In this document: positions 12,742 through 21,464 of the stretch, in pieces
How positions within the stretch are numbered: position 1 is the first letter of the stretch
Layout: every line of letters begins with the position of its first letter
Assembly (NCBI GenBank): GCA_963929915.1
Contig: CAWVJY010000008.1
Location: 226,705 to 290,704 of the forward strand
DNA length: 64,000 nt
DNA from: Bacillota bacterium
GTDB taxonomy: Bacteria; Bacillota; Clostridia; TANB77; CAG-508
Direction: 5' to 3'
Made by a program: the position numbers and the translations under genes
The notes under the pieces: generated by a model
Database searches by the model: none
What the model saw: only the letters and a program-made list of their open reading frames with translations
Told to the model about the DNA's origin: nothing

Positions 12742-13434
12742 ATGCAAAATAGTAAATATAGTAAAGTTTTAACTGTTATTTTAGTAATTGCTATTATAGT
12801 AATAATTGGTTTATTAGTTTTTGTAGGATTAGATTGGTATAAAACATATATTACTGGTGCAGATTCAGAAGGCGGAATTCATGATTTTGATGGTTATATT
12901 AATAATGTTTTAAACAATAGTGAACAGAACAACCAAAATAATGAAAACAATACAGAGGTAATAGAACCAAATATAAATGTTGAAAATACAGTTCAAAATA
13001 CAACTGGAGGTGAAGGAAGCTCTAACACAGGTCTTACTTATAAAGGCTATAATGTAGTAGGAAAAATAGAAATTCCTAAAACAGATGTAAGTTATGTAAT
13101 ATTAGACAAAGTAACACCTAAATCATTAGAAACTTCTATCGGACTTATGTATGGAGCTGGTATTAATCAAGTAGGAAATACGGTTTTAGCAGGACATAAC
13201 TTTAGAAATGGAACTTTCTTTTCTAATAATAAAAGATTAGAAGAAGGGGACAAAATTTATTTAACAGATATGGACGGCAATAGGGTAACATACGAAATTT
13301 ATAAAACATATACCACTACTCCTCAAGATTTTAGTTATGCAACTAGAGATACAAATGGAAAAAGAGAAATTTCTTTAACAACTTGTACAGATGATACTAC
13401 AAATAGATTAATTATTTGGGCAGTAGAAGAATAG
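12742..13434 (+). CDS. Sortase-family transpeptidase
   Basis: N-terminal TM helix, LAGHN and the catalytic LTTCT (TLxTC) motif. Confidence 0.8.
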   Translation: MQNSKYSKVLTVILVIAIIVIIGLLVFVGLDWYKTYITGADSEGGIHDFDGYINNVLNNSEQNNQNNENNTEVIEPNINVENTVQNTTGGEGSSNTGLTYKGYNVVGKIEIPKTDVSYVILDKVTPKSLETSIGLMYGAGINQVGNTVLAGHNFRNGTFFSNNKRLEEGDKIYLTDMDGNRVTYEIYKTYTTTPQDFSYATRDTNGKREISLTTCTDDTTNRLIIWAVEE

Positions 13435-13536
13435 AAAGAAAAGTAATAAGAAGAAAATATATTAGTAGTAAAGAAAATTAAAATGCAAAATAAAAAAGAG
13501 AAAAATATATAATCTTAAAAAAATAAAAGATAATGG

Positions 13537-13566
13537 TTGACAAATAACAACATTTTGTTGTACAAT
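13537..13566 (+). promoter_or_regulatory. Putative promoter of the tRNA pair
   Basis: TTGACA at 13537-13542, an 18-nt spacer, then TACAAT at 13561-13566. Confidence 0.5.
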
Positions 13567-13595
13567 TATATATGCGTGTGAGCGTAATATGTGAT

Positions 13596-13673
13596 GGTGG
13601 ATGTAGCGTAGTTGGTTAACGCGCCAGTTTGTGGCACTGGAGACCGTGGGTTCGAGTCCCATCTTCCACCCCA
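13596..13673 (+). tRNA. tRNA-His (GTG)
   Basis: Manual cloverleaf fold. The anticodon stem CCAGT/ACTGG carries the loop TTGTGGC, so the anticodon is GTG. T arm GTGGG-TTCGAGT-CCCAT. An extra 5' G(-1) sits opposite C73, as expected for tRNA-His. CCA is encoded. Confidence 0.9.
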
Positions 13674-13691
13674 TAATATAATTGTAAATAC

Positions 13692-13766
13692 TGGGCTGTA
13701 GCCAAGCGGTAAGGCACTAGACTTTGACTCTAGCATGCGGTAGTTCGAATCTACCCAGCCCAACCA
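13692..13766 (+). tRNA. tRNA-Gln (TTG)
   Basis: Acceptor TGGGCTG/CAGCCCA, anticodon stem CTAGA/TCTAG with loop CTTTGAC, T loop TTCGAAT, CCA encoded. Confidence 0.9.
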
Positions 13767-13771
13767 ATGAG

Positions 13772-13800
13772 TAACGACTTTTCTATTAGAAAAGTCGTTA
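13772..13800 (+). terminator. Terminator after the tRNA pair
   Basis: TAACGACTTTTC-TATTA-GAAAAGTCGTTA perfect hairpin followed by a T-rich tract. Confidence 0.7.
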
Positions 13801-13913
13801 TTGCTTTATTACTATGAATAAAAAATAATTTTAAAAAATTCCAAAATCTCTTGATTTTTGAAAAAACATCGAGTAAGATAAAGAAAAGAAATCAAGAATA
13901 AGGAGAAATAAAA

Positions 13914-14066
13914 ATGATAGTAGATGGAAAAGGAAACTTATTTGAAAATAGAAGAAAAAGCAAAGAAGATAGGAGAAAAAATGAAATAGATGTATCTGGG
14001 GGAAGAAGAAAGGAAGACAGAAGAAAGCAAAGCCAAATCCCAGAAACAGAAAAAAAGAGAAAATAA
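13914..14066 (+). CDS. Small highly basic protein (50 aa), hypothetical
   Basis: SD AGGAG 8 nt upstream. Encodes MIVDGKGNLFENRRKSKEDRRKNEIDVSGGRRKEDRRKQSQIPETEKKRK and is followed by a strong terminator. It is below the track's ORF size cutoff. Confidence 0.5.
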   Translation: MIVDGKGNLFENRRKSKEDRRKNEIDVSGGRRKEDRRKQSQIPETEKKRK

Positions 14067-14086
14067 AAACATACCGTGTCAATGGG

Positions 14087-14114
14087 GACGGAGATTTTTG
14101 ACAAAATCTCCGTC
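14087..14114 (+). terminator. Rho-independent terminator
   Basis: GACGGAGATTTT-TGAC-AAAATCTCCGTC followed by TTTATT. Confidence 0.75.
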
Positions 14115-14205
14115 TTTATTGATACTATTAATATAAAAATACCCCATTTAACTTATAATAAGTCAAATGAGGCAATAGATTATGGCAAAAAATAATTAAC
14201 TAAAA

Positions 14206-14328
14206 TTAGCAACATCCATTTCTACCATTACCACCGCAACAGCAGCAGATTAAAATAAGAACTATAATAATCCAAATGCAGTCATCACCAAATCCAAAAC
14301 CGCATCCACATCCTCTATTTTCTGGCAT
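14206..14328 (-). CDS. Tiny Cys/Gly-rich membrane protein (YjcZ-like sporulation-type peptide), 40 aa
   Basis: Reverse-strand ORF with an SD GGGGGAA: MPENRGCGCGFGFGDDCIWIIIVLILICCCCGGNGRNGCC. Confidence 0.6.
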   Translation of the reverse strand: MPENRGCGCGFGFGDDCIWIIIVLILICCCCGGNGRNGCC

Positions 14329-14371
14329 ACTAATTCCCCCCTTTCAAAAACATGTACTTAATTCTGTTGAA

Positions 14372-14485
14372 CTAGCAACCACATCCGTTGTTACAGCTAC
14401 AGCAATTGTTATTACCACAGCAGAAAAGTAACAAGAATAGGATGATAAACCATAAAATTTCTCCGTTATTACCACAACATCCCAT
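14372..14485 (-). CDS. Tiny Cys/Gly/Asn-rich membrane protein (YjcZ-like), 37 aa
   Basis: Reverse-strand ORF with an SD GGGAGG: MGCCGNNGEILWFIILFLLLFCCGNNNCCSCNNGCGC. Paralog of the neighbouring gene. Confidence 0.6.
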   Translation of the reverse strand: MGCCGNNGEILWFIILFLLLFCCGNNNCCSCNNGCGC

Positions 14486-14606
14486 TTTCTATACCTCCCT
14501 ATCAAAAAAATATTTTAGTTCTTTCGTATGGTATATAGTATTCTTATTTTTTAAAAGTGTTACAAAGCTAAATTGTAAAAGTAAAATATAATTAGAAAAA
14601 GCAAAG

Positions 14607-14685
14607 GAATGTCCCAACTGGCTGAAAATCAACCAATAGGGACGTTCTTTTTTGGTCGAAAATCAGCCAAAAAGGACCGTCCCTC
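14607..14685 (-). repeat. REP-family variant (same termini as the RAYT-flanking REPs, longer internal hairpin)
   Basis: Starts GAATGTCCCAACTG and ends GACCGTCCC (REP3 has GAAGTGTCCCAACTG...GAACCGTCCC). The interior is an imperfect palindrome, GGCTGAAAATCAACCAA / TTGGTCGAAAATCAGCC. Confidence 0.6.
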
Positions 14686-14786
14686 TTGGCTGAAATGAAA
14701 AAAATCTAAAAAAGTCTACAAAAAAACAAAAAAGAATGATATAATTTGTAACAGAAAAAACAATAGAAAAATATGGAGGAAAATAC

Positions 14787-16955
14787 ATGGGAAATATTGT
14801 ACTATTAGATGATAATACGATTAATAAAATTGCGGCAGGAGAAGTTATAGAAAGACCAGCATCTGTAGTAAAAGAATTAATGGAAAATTCTATTGATGCG
14901 GGAGCAACCGTTATTAATGTAGAAATAAAAAATGGAGGAATTTCTTATATTCGAATTACAGATAACGGAAAGGGATTTGCTCCAGATGATATGGAAATTG
15001 CATTTGAGAGACATGCAACTTCTAAAATTAGAAAAGCAGAAGATTTAGAGACCGTTACTTCTATGGGGTTTAGAGGAGAAGCTTTAGCTAGTATTGCAGC
15101 TATTAGTAAAGTAGAACTTGTTTCTAAAACAGCAGAAAATGAAATTGGTTACAAAGTGGAAATAGAAGGTGGAAAGCTTTTAAATAAAGAAGAAGCAGGT
15201 TGCTCCAAAGGAAGTACCATTACGATTCAAAATTTATTTTACAATACTCCTGTTAGATATAAATTTTTAAAAAAGGATTTTACAGAAGCAGGATACATAG
15301 AAGATGTAGTAACTAGAATTGCTTTAGTACATCCAGAGGTTGCTATTAGGCTAATCAATACAGGAAAAACCATTATTCAAACACCAGGAAATGGAGATAG
15401 TAAAGCCGTTATTTATAGTATTTATGGAAAAGATATTGCAGAAAATATTTTAGATGTATCTTATGAATATGAAGATATTAAAATAACGGGGGTAATTGGA
15501 AAACCAGTTATAGCACGTTCTAATCGTTCTAACCAACTATTTTTTGTGAATAAAAGATATATTAAAGATAAAACATTAACAAGTGCAGCAGAGCAAGGCT
15601 ACAAAGGGTTAATTACAATTGGCAAATATGGCTTTTTAGTGTTAAATATAGAAATGAGTCCTAATAAAGTAGATGTTAATGTACACCCTGCAAAATTAGA
15701 AGTTCGTTTTGAAGAAGAAAGCAAAGTATTTAAAGCAGTATATCATGCTATTAAAGATACTTTATTAAAAGGAGATTTAGTAGCAGATACAGAACAAGTA
15801 CCAGAAGAAACGAAAATAAATACGATAGTGAATTCTACCGCAATTCCTACAAATACAATACCAGTAAGTACAACACCCCTAGATGCAGCAAATCTTAGGT
15901 ATAATCCTAATATAGCAGATACCAATAAAAATCAGGATAAGCAAGAAGAGAACAAAGAAGAAAAAACATTGGGTGGCCTATTCAGAAGATTGGTAAAAGA
16001 ACATGAAGAAAAAGAAAAGAAGGAAGAAAAACAAACAGATAATGAACCAGAAGATAAAGGTAATTTCATTGCCGAACTTTATACCAATAAATTTGGTGTT
16101 TCAGAAGAAAAATCACCTTATGAATTACCTACTAAAAAAATAGATATACAAGAAATTCAAGAACAAAATAAAGTTAAGAAACAAGAAAATACAACAAACC
16201 AAAAAGATAACAAGAATTTTGATGAAATGTATTTACGTACTTTTGGCGCAATGCCATCAGAATTAAGAAAGCTTGCCGAGGAAGAAAAGAAAAAAGAAGA
16301 AAAAATTACAGTAAAACCAGAAGAACTAGAAGCAGTAGAAAATATTTCTATTTTTCCAAAAGAAGATAAACAACAAATTCCTGATTACAAATTTATAGGT
16401 ATTGCATTTTCTACCTATATTATTCTAGAATTAGGAAAAGAACTTTACATTTTAGATCAACATGCAGCACATGAAAGAATTTTATATGAAAAAGTAAAAA
16501 AGAACTATTATAGTGATGACCAAAAAGATTCTCAATTAATGCTATTACCAGATATTATTAATTTGTCTCATAAAGAAATGGATATTGCAAAAGAAAATAT
16601 GGAAATGTTTGAAAAAGCAGGTTTCACCTTAGAAGAATTTGGAGAAAACACTATCAAACTAAGTGGAGTTCCTAATATTTGTTTGGACTTAGATACCAAA
16701 GAGCTATTTCTAGAAACATTAGATGAAATTAATACTGTAGCTAGAACTGCTAAACAAGAAAAAGAAGAAAAGTTTATTGCAACTGTTGCTTGTAAAGCAG
16801 CAGTAAAAGCTAATATGGCACTTACCAAAGAGGAAGTAGACAACTTAATGAGTCAATTATTAGTGCTTCCAAATCCATTTACCTGTCCACATGGAAGACC
16901 AACCGCAATTAAAATGACCAAAACAGATATTGAAAAGAAATTTTCAAGAAGATAA
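14787..16955 (+). CDS. mutL: DNA mismatch repair protein MutL
   Basis: INKIAAGEVIERPASVVKELMENSIDAGA (GHKL ATPase), with a C-terminal dimerisation region ending FTCPHGRP. Long K/E-rich linker. Confidence 0.95.
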   Translation: MGNIVLLDDNTINKIAAGEVIERPASVVKELMENSIDAGATVINVEIKNGGISYIRITDNGKGFAPDDMEIAFERHATSKIRKAEDLETVTSMGFRGEALASIAAISKVELVSKTAENEIGYKVEIEGGKLLNKEEAGCSKGSTITIQNLFYNTPVRYKFLKKDFTEAGYIEDVVTRIALVHPEVAIRLINTGKTIIQTPGNGDSKAVIYSIYGKDIAENILDVSYEYEDIKITGVIGKPVIARSNRSNQLFFVNKRYIKDKTLTSAAEQGYKGLITIGKYGFLVLNIEMSPNKVDVNVHPAKLEVRFEEESKVFKAVYHAIKDTLLKGDLVADTEQVPEETKINTIVNSTAIPTNTIPVSTTPLDAANLRYNPNIADTNKNQDKQEENKEEKTLGGLFRRLVKEHEEKEKKEEKQTDNEPEDKGNFIAELYTNKFGVSEEKSPYELPTKKIDIQEIQEQNKVKKQENTTNQKDNKNFDEMYLRTFGAMPSELRKLAEEEKKKEEKITVKPEELEAVENISIFPKEDKQQIPDYKFIGIAFSTYIILELGKELYILDQHAAHERILYEKVKKNYYSDDQKDSQLMLLPDIINLSHKEMDIAKENMEMFEKAGFTLEEFGENTIKLSGVPNICLDLDTKELFLETLDEINTVARTAKQEKEEKFIATVACKAAVKANMALTKEEVDNLMSQLLVLPNPFTCPHGRPTAIKMTKTDIEKKFSRR

Positions 16956-17077
16956 AAATAATACAAAGTTTTTTTACATAAAACAACATAAAATTAGATA
17001 ATTAGCAGATTGGCAAAAAGTAATAAAAAATAGTACAAAGTAGTACAAAATTTAAGAAAAAGAGAAGAGGAAAAAAC

Positions 17078-17506
17078 ATGGTTTTATTTATCTATTTTTG
17101 TATATTAGTATTAAATATTGTAGCAATATTTTTAATGTATCGTTTTTTAGGTACAACCATAGAAAAAAAAGAAAAATGGATTTTTATTGTGGTAGGAATG
17201 GCTCTTATGTATATGCTAGTATCTTTTGTTTATTGGCTAAGTACAAAAGATATAGATTTAGGTACCAATAGTAATTTAGGTTCTAACTTTATTACTTTTA
17301 CCTTTGTACCAGTCAATGGAATCTTAGTTTTGCCATTTTTGGCAAGTTCTTATCGTTATTGGAAAGAAGGAAGATTAAAACCTGAAAAATTTAGAAATAG
17401 AATTATTCTAGCTGTTATTATTTTAGTAATTGTTTTAGTAATTGAATTTTTTTATTTTCAAGATATTCAAAATGGAATTTTAAGTTTAGTACAAGCTAAC
17501 CAATAA
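17078..17506 (+). CDS. Hypothetical integral membrane protein (4 predicted TM helices)
   Basis: 142-aa hydrophobic ORF with an SD-like GAGGAAAA upstream. Confidence 0.6.
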   Translation: MVLFIYFCILVLNIVAIFLMYRFLGTTIEKKEKWIFIVVGMALMYMLVSFVYWLSTKDIDLGTNSNLGSNFITFTFVPVNGILVLPFLASSYRYWKEGRLKPEKFRNRIILAVIILVIVLVIEFFYFQDIQNGILSLVQANQ

Positions 17507-17640
17507 ATGAAACAATATTTAAAAATATGCAAACTAAAAAATAAAAATTAAAATTAAAATAACAAAATAAGCAGTATAATAAGTAGCTTAAAAGAAAGGA
17601 GAATGTTGTATAATATCCTTTATATTATACAAAGAAAATT

Positions 17641-18573
17641 ATGCAAAAAAACAAACCAAAAGTAATTGTGATTTGTGGTCCAACAGCTTCAGGCAAAACT
17701 AAATTATCCATAGAGCTTGCTAAACAAATACAAGGAGAAATTGTTTCTTGTGATTCTATGCAAATTTATCAGGAAATGAATATAGGAACTGCAAAACCAA
17801 CCAAAGAAGAAATGCAAGGAATACCACATTATTTATTGGATTTTGTTTCACCAAGTAAAAGGTATAGTGTAGCAGATTTTAAAAAAGATGCTACCTTAGC
17901 AATAGAAAATATCTTACAGTATAATAAAGTGCCTATTTTGGTAGGAGGTACAGGACTTTATATAGAAAGCTTAGTTAAAAATATTGAGTACCCAGAAATA
18001 GAATTAGATAGTAATTATAGAAAACAACTAGAAGAGCAAATACAAGAAAAAGGTCTAGAAGTACTATATGAAAAAGCAAAAGAGATTGATCCAAAAGCAA
18101 TGGAAACGATTAGTAAAAACGATAAGAAGCGTATTATGAGGGTATTAGAACTTTACCGTCAAACAGGTAAAACCAAAACAGAACTAGAAAAACTATCTAG
18201 GCAAAATCCACCACCTTATGACTATCATGTTTTTGCGATTACAATGGATCGAGAAAAATTATATAATAGAATTAACCAAAGAGTGGACAACATGATAGAG
18301 CAAGGGTTAATTCAAGAAGTAGAAAACTTGCTAAAAAAATATAATACTTTTCCTACTGCTATGCAAGGGTTAGGGTATAAAGAGGTAGTAAGTTATTTGC
18401 AAGGAAATATAACCAAAGAAGAAATGATTGAAAAATTAAAGATGGAAACCAGAAGATATGCAAAAAGGCAATTAACATGGTTTCGAAAAGATAAAAATAT
18501 AAAATGGCTAAATGCTTTAGCACCAATACAAGAAAATATACAATGTATTGTGGAGGATTACAGTGGAGAATAA
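17641..18573 (+). CDS. miaA: tRNA dimethylallyltransferase
   Basis: VIVICGPTASGKT P-loop, DSMQIY, GGTGLY. Confidence 0.95.
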   Translation: MQKNKPKVIVICGPTASGKTKLSIELAKQIQGEIVSCDSMQIYQEMNIGTAKPTKEEMQGIPHYLLDFVSPSKRYSVADFKKDATLAIENILQYNKVPILVGGTGLYIESLVKNIEYPEIELDSNYRKQLEEQIQEKGLEVLYEKAKEIDPKAMETISKNDKKRIMRVLELYRQTGKTKTELEKLSRQNPPPYDYHVFAITMDREKLYNRINQRVDNMIEQGLIQEVENLLKKYNTFPTAMQGLGYKEVVSYLQGNITKEEMIEKLKMETRRYAKRQLTWFRKDKNIKWLNALAPIQENIQCIVEDYSGE

Positions 18574-18598
18574 AAAAAATGTAACAGCATCTGAAAAA

Positions 18599-19888
18599 AT
18601 GAAAAATAAGAAAATAGCACCTCGAAAAAAGAAATCAAAGAATATAAAGAATATGTGGAATGACATTATAGGGCATAAAAAAATTCTGATTGCTTTGATT
18701 GTGGTTCTTGCGGTTATTATTTTTTGCATCTATAAAGTTATAATATTTATTCAGAACCCAACAGATACCTTTATGGTAGAACAAGGAATGATTTATCAAG
18801 AAGAAAAAGGAACAGGCTATGTTATTAGAGATGAAACAATTGTAAAAGGTTCTAATTATAAAAATGGAATGGAACAAATAAAAACAGAAGGAGAACGAGT
18901 AGCAAAAGGAGAAGACATTTTTCGTTATTATTCTAGTGGGGAAGAAAATCTCATAAAAAAAATACAAGATTTAGATGCAAAAATAGATGAAGCTATGGCA
19001 AAAGAGGAACCTTTGTATCCCAGTGATGTGAAAGCTCTAGAAAAACAAATAGAAGATGATATTGCTTCTTTATATCAAGTCAATAATTTACAAACAATCC
19101 GTGAAACGAAAAAAAGTATTGCAGACAGTATTACAAAAAAAGCAAAAATAGCAGGTGAATATAGTCCAGCAGGATCTTACTTAAAAAAATTAATTGATGA
19201 AAGAAGTGAATATGAAAATCAATTAAATCAAGGAGCAGAACGACTAACAGCACCAATTAGTGGTGTAGTGTCATATAAAGTAGATGGATTAGAAGATGTT
19301 TTAACAACAGATGATTTTAGCAAAATTACAACAGAATTTTTAGAAGGACTTAATTTAAAAACAGGGCAAGTAGTAGCGGATAGTAAAGAAAGTGCTAAAA
19401 TTATTAATAATTTTGAATGCTATATTGCTTGCAGTATGGATTCTGAACAAGTCAAAAATGCAGAAGTAGGGCAATCTGTTGACTTAAGATTACCAAGTGG
19501 AAGTGAAGTAACTAGCGAAATTGTTAATATTTTAGAAGAAGAAAACAAAGTAGTTATTACCTTTAAAATAGATAAACAAGTACAAGAACTTATTAGTTAC
19601 CGCAAAATTTCTTTTACCATTATTTGGTGGAGTGATAGTGGCAAAAAGATTCCAAATACTGCTATTGGTACAGAAACAAAAGGAGAAAATGAACTTCATT
19701 ATGTAGTTAGAACAAGAGCTGGATACCAAGATAAAATTTGGATTAAAATAAAAAGACAAAATGATAAATATGCCATAGTAGAAAATTATACAAGAACAGA
19801 ACTAGAAGAATTAGGCTTTACAGATGAAGAAATTCAAAATGCTATCAGTTTGACTTTATATGATGAAATTCTAAAAAAACCGACATAA
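18599..19888 (+). CDS. Membrane-anchored hypothetical protein (HlyD-like barrel-sandwich/coiled-coil features)
   Basis: Basic N-terminus, one TM helix (ILIALIVVLAVIIFCIY), then a coiled-coil region. The start is ambiguous between 18548 and 18599. Confidence 0.55.
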   Translation: MKNKKIAPRKKKSKNIKNMWNDIIGHKKILIALIVVLAVIIFCIYKVIIFIQNPTDTFMVEQGMIYQEEKGTGYVIRDETIVKGSNYKNGMEQIKTEGERVAKGEDIFRYYSSGEENLIKKIQDLDAKIDEAMAKEEPLYPSDVKALEKQIEDDIASLYQVNNLQTIRETKKSIADSITKKAKIAGEYSPAGSYLKKLIDERSEYENQLNQGAERLTAPISGVVSYKVDGLEDVLTTDDFSKITTEFLEGLNLKTGQVVADSKESAKIINNFECYIACSMDSEQVKNAEVGQSVDLRLPSGSEVTSEIVNILEEENKVVITFKIDKQVQELISYRKISFTIIWWSDSGKKIPNTAIGTETKGENELHYVVRTRAGYQDKIWIKIKRQNDKYAIVENYTRTELEELGFTDEEIQNAISLTLYDEILKKPT

Positions 19889-19889
19889 A

Positions 19890-19942
19890 ATATTACAATT
19901 ATATTACAAATATATTACAATAATATTAAATTATGATTACAA
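19890..19942 (+). promoter_or_regulatory. Phased TATTACAA array upstream of the sepF promoter
   Basis: TATTACAAT / TATTACAAA / TATTACAAT at exact 11-bp spacing, plus GATTACAAA. TTGACA at 19955-19960 follows. Confidence 0.5.
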
Positions 19943-20029
19943 ACACAAAAACTATTGACAAGAAGACTAAAAAGTTAGATACTATTTACAGTTAAACGAA
20001 TGATAAATTCGAATTAGGAGGTTGTTTAA

Positions 20030-20515
20030 ATGGCAGGAGCTATTATGGAAAAAGTATGGGGATTATTTGGAATGGACCCAGCTGAAGATAAAGAAGAAGA
20101 AGAGGTAGAAAACTACGATCAAGAAGAGGAAGAAGCTACCGAAGAAGAGGATCAAGAACAAGAAACAAGAAGACCTTGGGGAAGAAAAAATAGCAAAGTA
20201 GTTAGTATGCCACAAGTTCAACAAGTAAAAATGGTTATTTCTCAACCAACAAACTTTGAACAAGCTGCTAATATTTGCGATTTATTAAAACAAAAGAAAT
20301 CCGTAATTGTTAATTTAGAATATGTAAATAAAGATGTTGCAAGAAGAATTATAGATGTAGTATCTGGAGCAGTACATGCTTTAGATGGTCATATGCAAAA
20401 AATTTCTAATTCTATTGTATTAATTGCACCATTTAATTATGATATTGAAAACGAAATGGCTAGAGATGAAATTAAAAATAAATTATCCGTTTCATGGCTA
20501 AGAAATAATAACTAA
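20030..20515 (+). CDS. sepF: Cell division protein SepF
   Basis: Acidic N-terminus, then VISQPTNFEQAANICDLLKQKKSVIVNLEYVNKDVARRIIDVVSGAVHALDG. SD AGGAGG. Confidence 0.9.
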   Translation: MAGAIMEKVWGLFGMDPAEDKEEEEVENYDQEEEEATEEEDQEQETRRPWGRKNSKVVSMPQVQQVKMVISQPTNFEQAANICDLLKQKKSVIVNLEYVNKDVARRIIDVVSGAVHALDGHMQKISNSIVLIAPFNYDIENEMARDEIKNKLSVSWLRNNN

Positions 20516-20582
20516 AGAAAAAGCAGGTAGCAAATAACAAGGCTATCTGTTTTACGAAGCAAAAAATGTAGGAGGAAAAAAT

Positions 20583-21032
20583 ATGCTAACCCCTTTAGAT
20601 ATTGAGAACAAAAAATTTTCAAAACAAATGATGAATGGATATAGTGTAGAAGAAGTAGACGACTTTCTAGATGAATTAACAGCAGACTACGAAAAAATAT
20701 ATAAAGAAGTTGCAGAAGCAAAAAATAAAATAGAAGATTTACAAGAAAGTATGGAAAAATATAAAAATATCGAAGGAACTTTACAAAATACTTTGGTAAT
20801 GGCACAATCTGCAGCAGATGAGGTAAAAAGGCTTGCAAAACAACAAGCTGAGCAAATGATTAATGAAGCACAAGCAACTGCCAAACAAGCTGTTACAGAA
20901 TTAGAACAAGAATTAACTTTAAAGAAAAAAGAAATGGAAGAAGTACAAAAACAATTTGATGTTTACAAAGCAAAAATGGAATCTCTTTTAATTTCACAAT
21001 TAGAGTTATTAAAAGATGTGAATAAGGACTAA
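20583..21032 (+). CDS. divIVA: DivIVA-domain cell-division protein
   Basis: MLTPLDIENKKFSKQMMNGYSVEEVDDFLDEL is the canonical DivIVA N-terminus, followed by a coiled coil. Confidence 0.9.
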   Translation: MLTPLDIENKKFSKQMMNGYSVEEVDDFLDELTADYEKIYKEVAEAKNKIEDLQESMEKYKNIEGTLQNTLVMAQSAADEVKRLAKQQAEQMINEAQATAKQAVTELEQELTLKKKEMEEVQKQFDVYKAKMESLLISQLELLKDVNKD

Positions 21033-21048
21033 GAGAATGTAAAAAGTG

Positions 21049-21079
21049 GAGATAGCTTTTAAATGCTATCTCTATTTTT
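21049..21079 (+). terminator. Terminator after divIVA
   Basis: GAGATAGC-TTTTAAAT-GCTATCTC followed by TATTTTT. Confidence 0.7.
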
Positions 21080-21090
21080 AGCTATTATAA

Positions 21091-21273
21091 TATTCAAAGT
21101 AAATATATTACAACGTTTGACCTTGGTGTCGCAATTTCCTATATTGTGCAAGAAAATCTACGATTTTCTGCACATACTAGCATGAAAATTGCTCCAATTC
21201 GCACTTCGTGGCACAGCCACTCCGTTTGGTCGCTTACGCGGTCTACACTTTTGTAATATATTTACTTTGAATA
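21091..21273. repeat. Hairpin-closed element A (23-bp perfect arms, 137-nt GC-richer structured core)
   Basis: Arms TATTCAAAGTAAATATATTACAA (21091-21113) and TTGTAATATATTTACTTTGAATA (21251-21273). The core contains the sub-hairpins GTGCAAGAAAATC/GATTTTCTGCAC and GTGGC-ACA-GCCAC, and the motif TGGTCGCTTACGC. Confidence 0.7.
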
Positions 21274-21349
21274 AATTGCTTAGTACTAAAATTCATTGAA
21301 AAAATTACTTTACTTTTACAAATACTTGTTATATAATACAACTAGAAAA

Positions 21350-21402
21350 ATATTACAATTATTTAACATTATTACAATTGCATTAAGAAAATATTACAAT
21401 TG
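21350..21402 (+). promoter_or_regulatory. TATTACAATT(G) triplet array upstream of the rsmD promoter
   Basis: Copies start at 21351, 21370 and 21392 (about two helical turns apart). TTGACA at 21414-21419 and TAAAAT at 21436-21441 follow. Confidence 0.5.
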
Positions 21403-21464
21403 TGTTAAAAATATTGACATATTAGCTAAAAACTATAAAATAGAAGTATATCATAAGAGGTACT

